A stretch of DNA of 64,000 bases from Geopsychrobacteraceae bacterium. Its GTDB lineage: Bacteria; Desulfobacterota; Desulfuromonadia; Desulfuromonadales; Geopsychrobacteraceae. Below, one piece after another: positions 62,957-64,000 of this stretch. The notes beneath the pieces were generated by a model that made no database searches, had not been told where the DNA came from, and saw nothing but the letters and a program-made list of their open reading frames with translations. The DNA is taken from the NCBI GenBank assembly GCA_963662315.1, contig OY759353.1, positions 1,024,001 to 1,088,000 of the forward strand. The letters are read 5' to 3'. Every line of letters starts with the position of its first letter. Position 1 is the stretch's first letter. Both the position numbers and the translations under genes were made by a program.

Positions 62957-63014
62957 CGCTGTTCCCCTCAGCGAGTTAAACCTCATTTGAAAAAAGATAG
63001 ATAAGATACCTGCA

Positions 63015-63668
63015 ATGCTTTCCGGAATTCTCTGGGATAACGATGGTGTGCTGGTCGATACCGAGCACCTGTTTTTTAAAGCCAACAAAGAGTTGCTCAA
63101 TTCTTATGGCTTAGACCTGTCTGAAGCCGACTTCTTCAACTGGTACCTGATCCGCAACACCGGCTCATGGCATTTGTTTCAGGAAGCAGGAATGACTGAA
63201 GAAGACCTGCCTGTAATCCGCCAAAAACGCAGTGAACTCTATAATCAGAAACTTGCCGCGGCAGAAAACCTTGCCATTGCTGGGATCAAACCGGTGCTGG
63301 AGGGATTGCATAACAGATTGCCCATGGGTATTGTAACCAGTGCCTATCGGCATCATTTTGATACCATTCATGCCCGCCTTGATCTGCGCGGTTATTTTGA
63401 TTTTGTGCTGACTAATGAGGATTATGAAGGGAGTAAACCGTCACCTGCGCCGTATCTCTGCGGTCTGAATAAACTGAATATGCCTGCGGATCAATGTGTT
63501 GTTATTGAAGACTCGCCACGCGGTCTTGCTGCCGCCAAAGCTGCAGGTATCCGCTGTATTATTCTGCGTCATAAACTGATGGAGAGCTATCCCTTTGACG
63601 GAGCGTACACGGTTGTTGATAGCACAGATGCACTGGGCGGTGTGCTTCAGGATCTGTTACAGGGTTAG
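63015..63668 (+). CDS. HAD family phosphatase
   Basis: WDNDGVLVDTE, VTS, KPSP.PY, IEDSPRG. Confidence 0.93.
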   Translation: MLSGILWDNDGVLVDTEHLFFKANKELLNSYGLDLSEADFFNWYLIRNTGSWHLFQEAGMTEEDLPVIRQKRSELYNQKLAAAENLAIAGIKPVLEGLHNRLPMGIVTSAYRHHFDTIHARLDLRGYFDFVLTNEDYEGSKPSPAPYLCGLNKLNMPADQCVVIEDSPRGLAAAKAAGIRCIILRHKLMESYPFDGAYTVVDSTDALGGVLQDLLQG

Positions 63669-64000
63669 AGGAGTCCGCACTGGACCGGTTCAGAATGAAA
63701 ATCAATACTTTGATATTCTTCCCAAAATGGGATAGAATCCCCGCACTTCCCTTCGCAATAGCAGTTTAAGCAGCATAATTTCTCAACGACATGGTTACCA
63801 GGGTACTGAAAATACTTTTTAGTAATCATATGCAACGCTGATCGTTTCTAATCCCTGCCAGACAATGGTGTCTCCCTTTCCGGGTGCGAAATATAAAACT
63901 GGGAATCCTGAGTTGCTGTGAATTTTAAAGGCAAAGGTTAGCTCTGTGGACGCAAATATTGTTAATCAAGTTCTTGGTCTGGTCCTGATGATGGTTATCG

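Noticed and set aside
239..63371. Antisense and overlapping ORFs inside long genes (e.g. 515-970, 9597-10070, 22880-23410, 45564-46103, 55215-55661)
   Set aside because: They overlap well-supported genes and have no motifs of their own.
63925..63960. c-di-GMP-I (GEMM) riboswitch suggested by GGCAAA...GGACGCAAA
   Set aside because: The intervening stem with a GNRA loop is missing and the second hairpin is not evident. A covariance search would be needed.

Overview
Bacterial chromosomal window; gene content suggests a deltaproteobacterial (Desulfuromonadales-like) host, which is an inference only. (1) 0.1-10.8 kb is a sugar/hexuronate catabolic island: lipoprotein GH3 and GH2 hydrolases, ROK and GntR regulators, uxuB-uxuA, and a palindromic operator shared by the two hydrolase genes. 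A PAS-containing MCP follows. (2) 13.3-23.05 kb is the most unusual part: an integrase-less integron cassette array of about 7 AT-rich cassettes, three of them nuclease-like. Most attC sites are interrupted at the R'' box by one of two parasites. The first is a group IIC-attC intron derivative whose centre, including most of the RT, is replaced by a tandem ~410-bp hairpin-rich repeat (three large copies plus a tiny remnant). The second is an internally deleted IS110/IS1111-type element that keeps its long non-coding end (two copies). (3) 23-64 kb is mostly ordinary accessory and housekeeping genes: tamAB, c-di-GMP enzymes, a hybrid kinase, a tripartite tricarboxylate transporter, mrcB plus a TPR lipoprotein, and lplA. 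It also has an orphan contractile-tail tube gene, a trigger-factor paralogue lacking the PPIase domain, and two single-lesion pseudogenes. No rRNA, tRNA or CRISPR array was seen. All product calls come from motif recognition by eye, not database searches.
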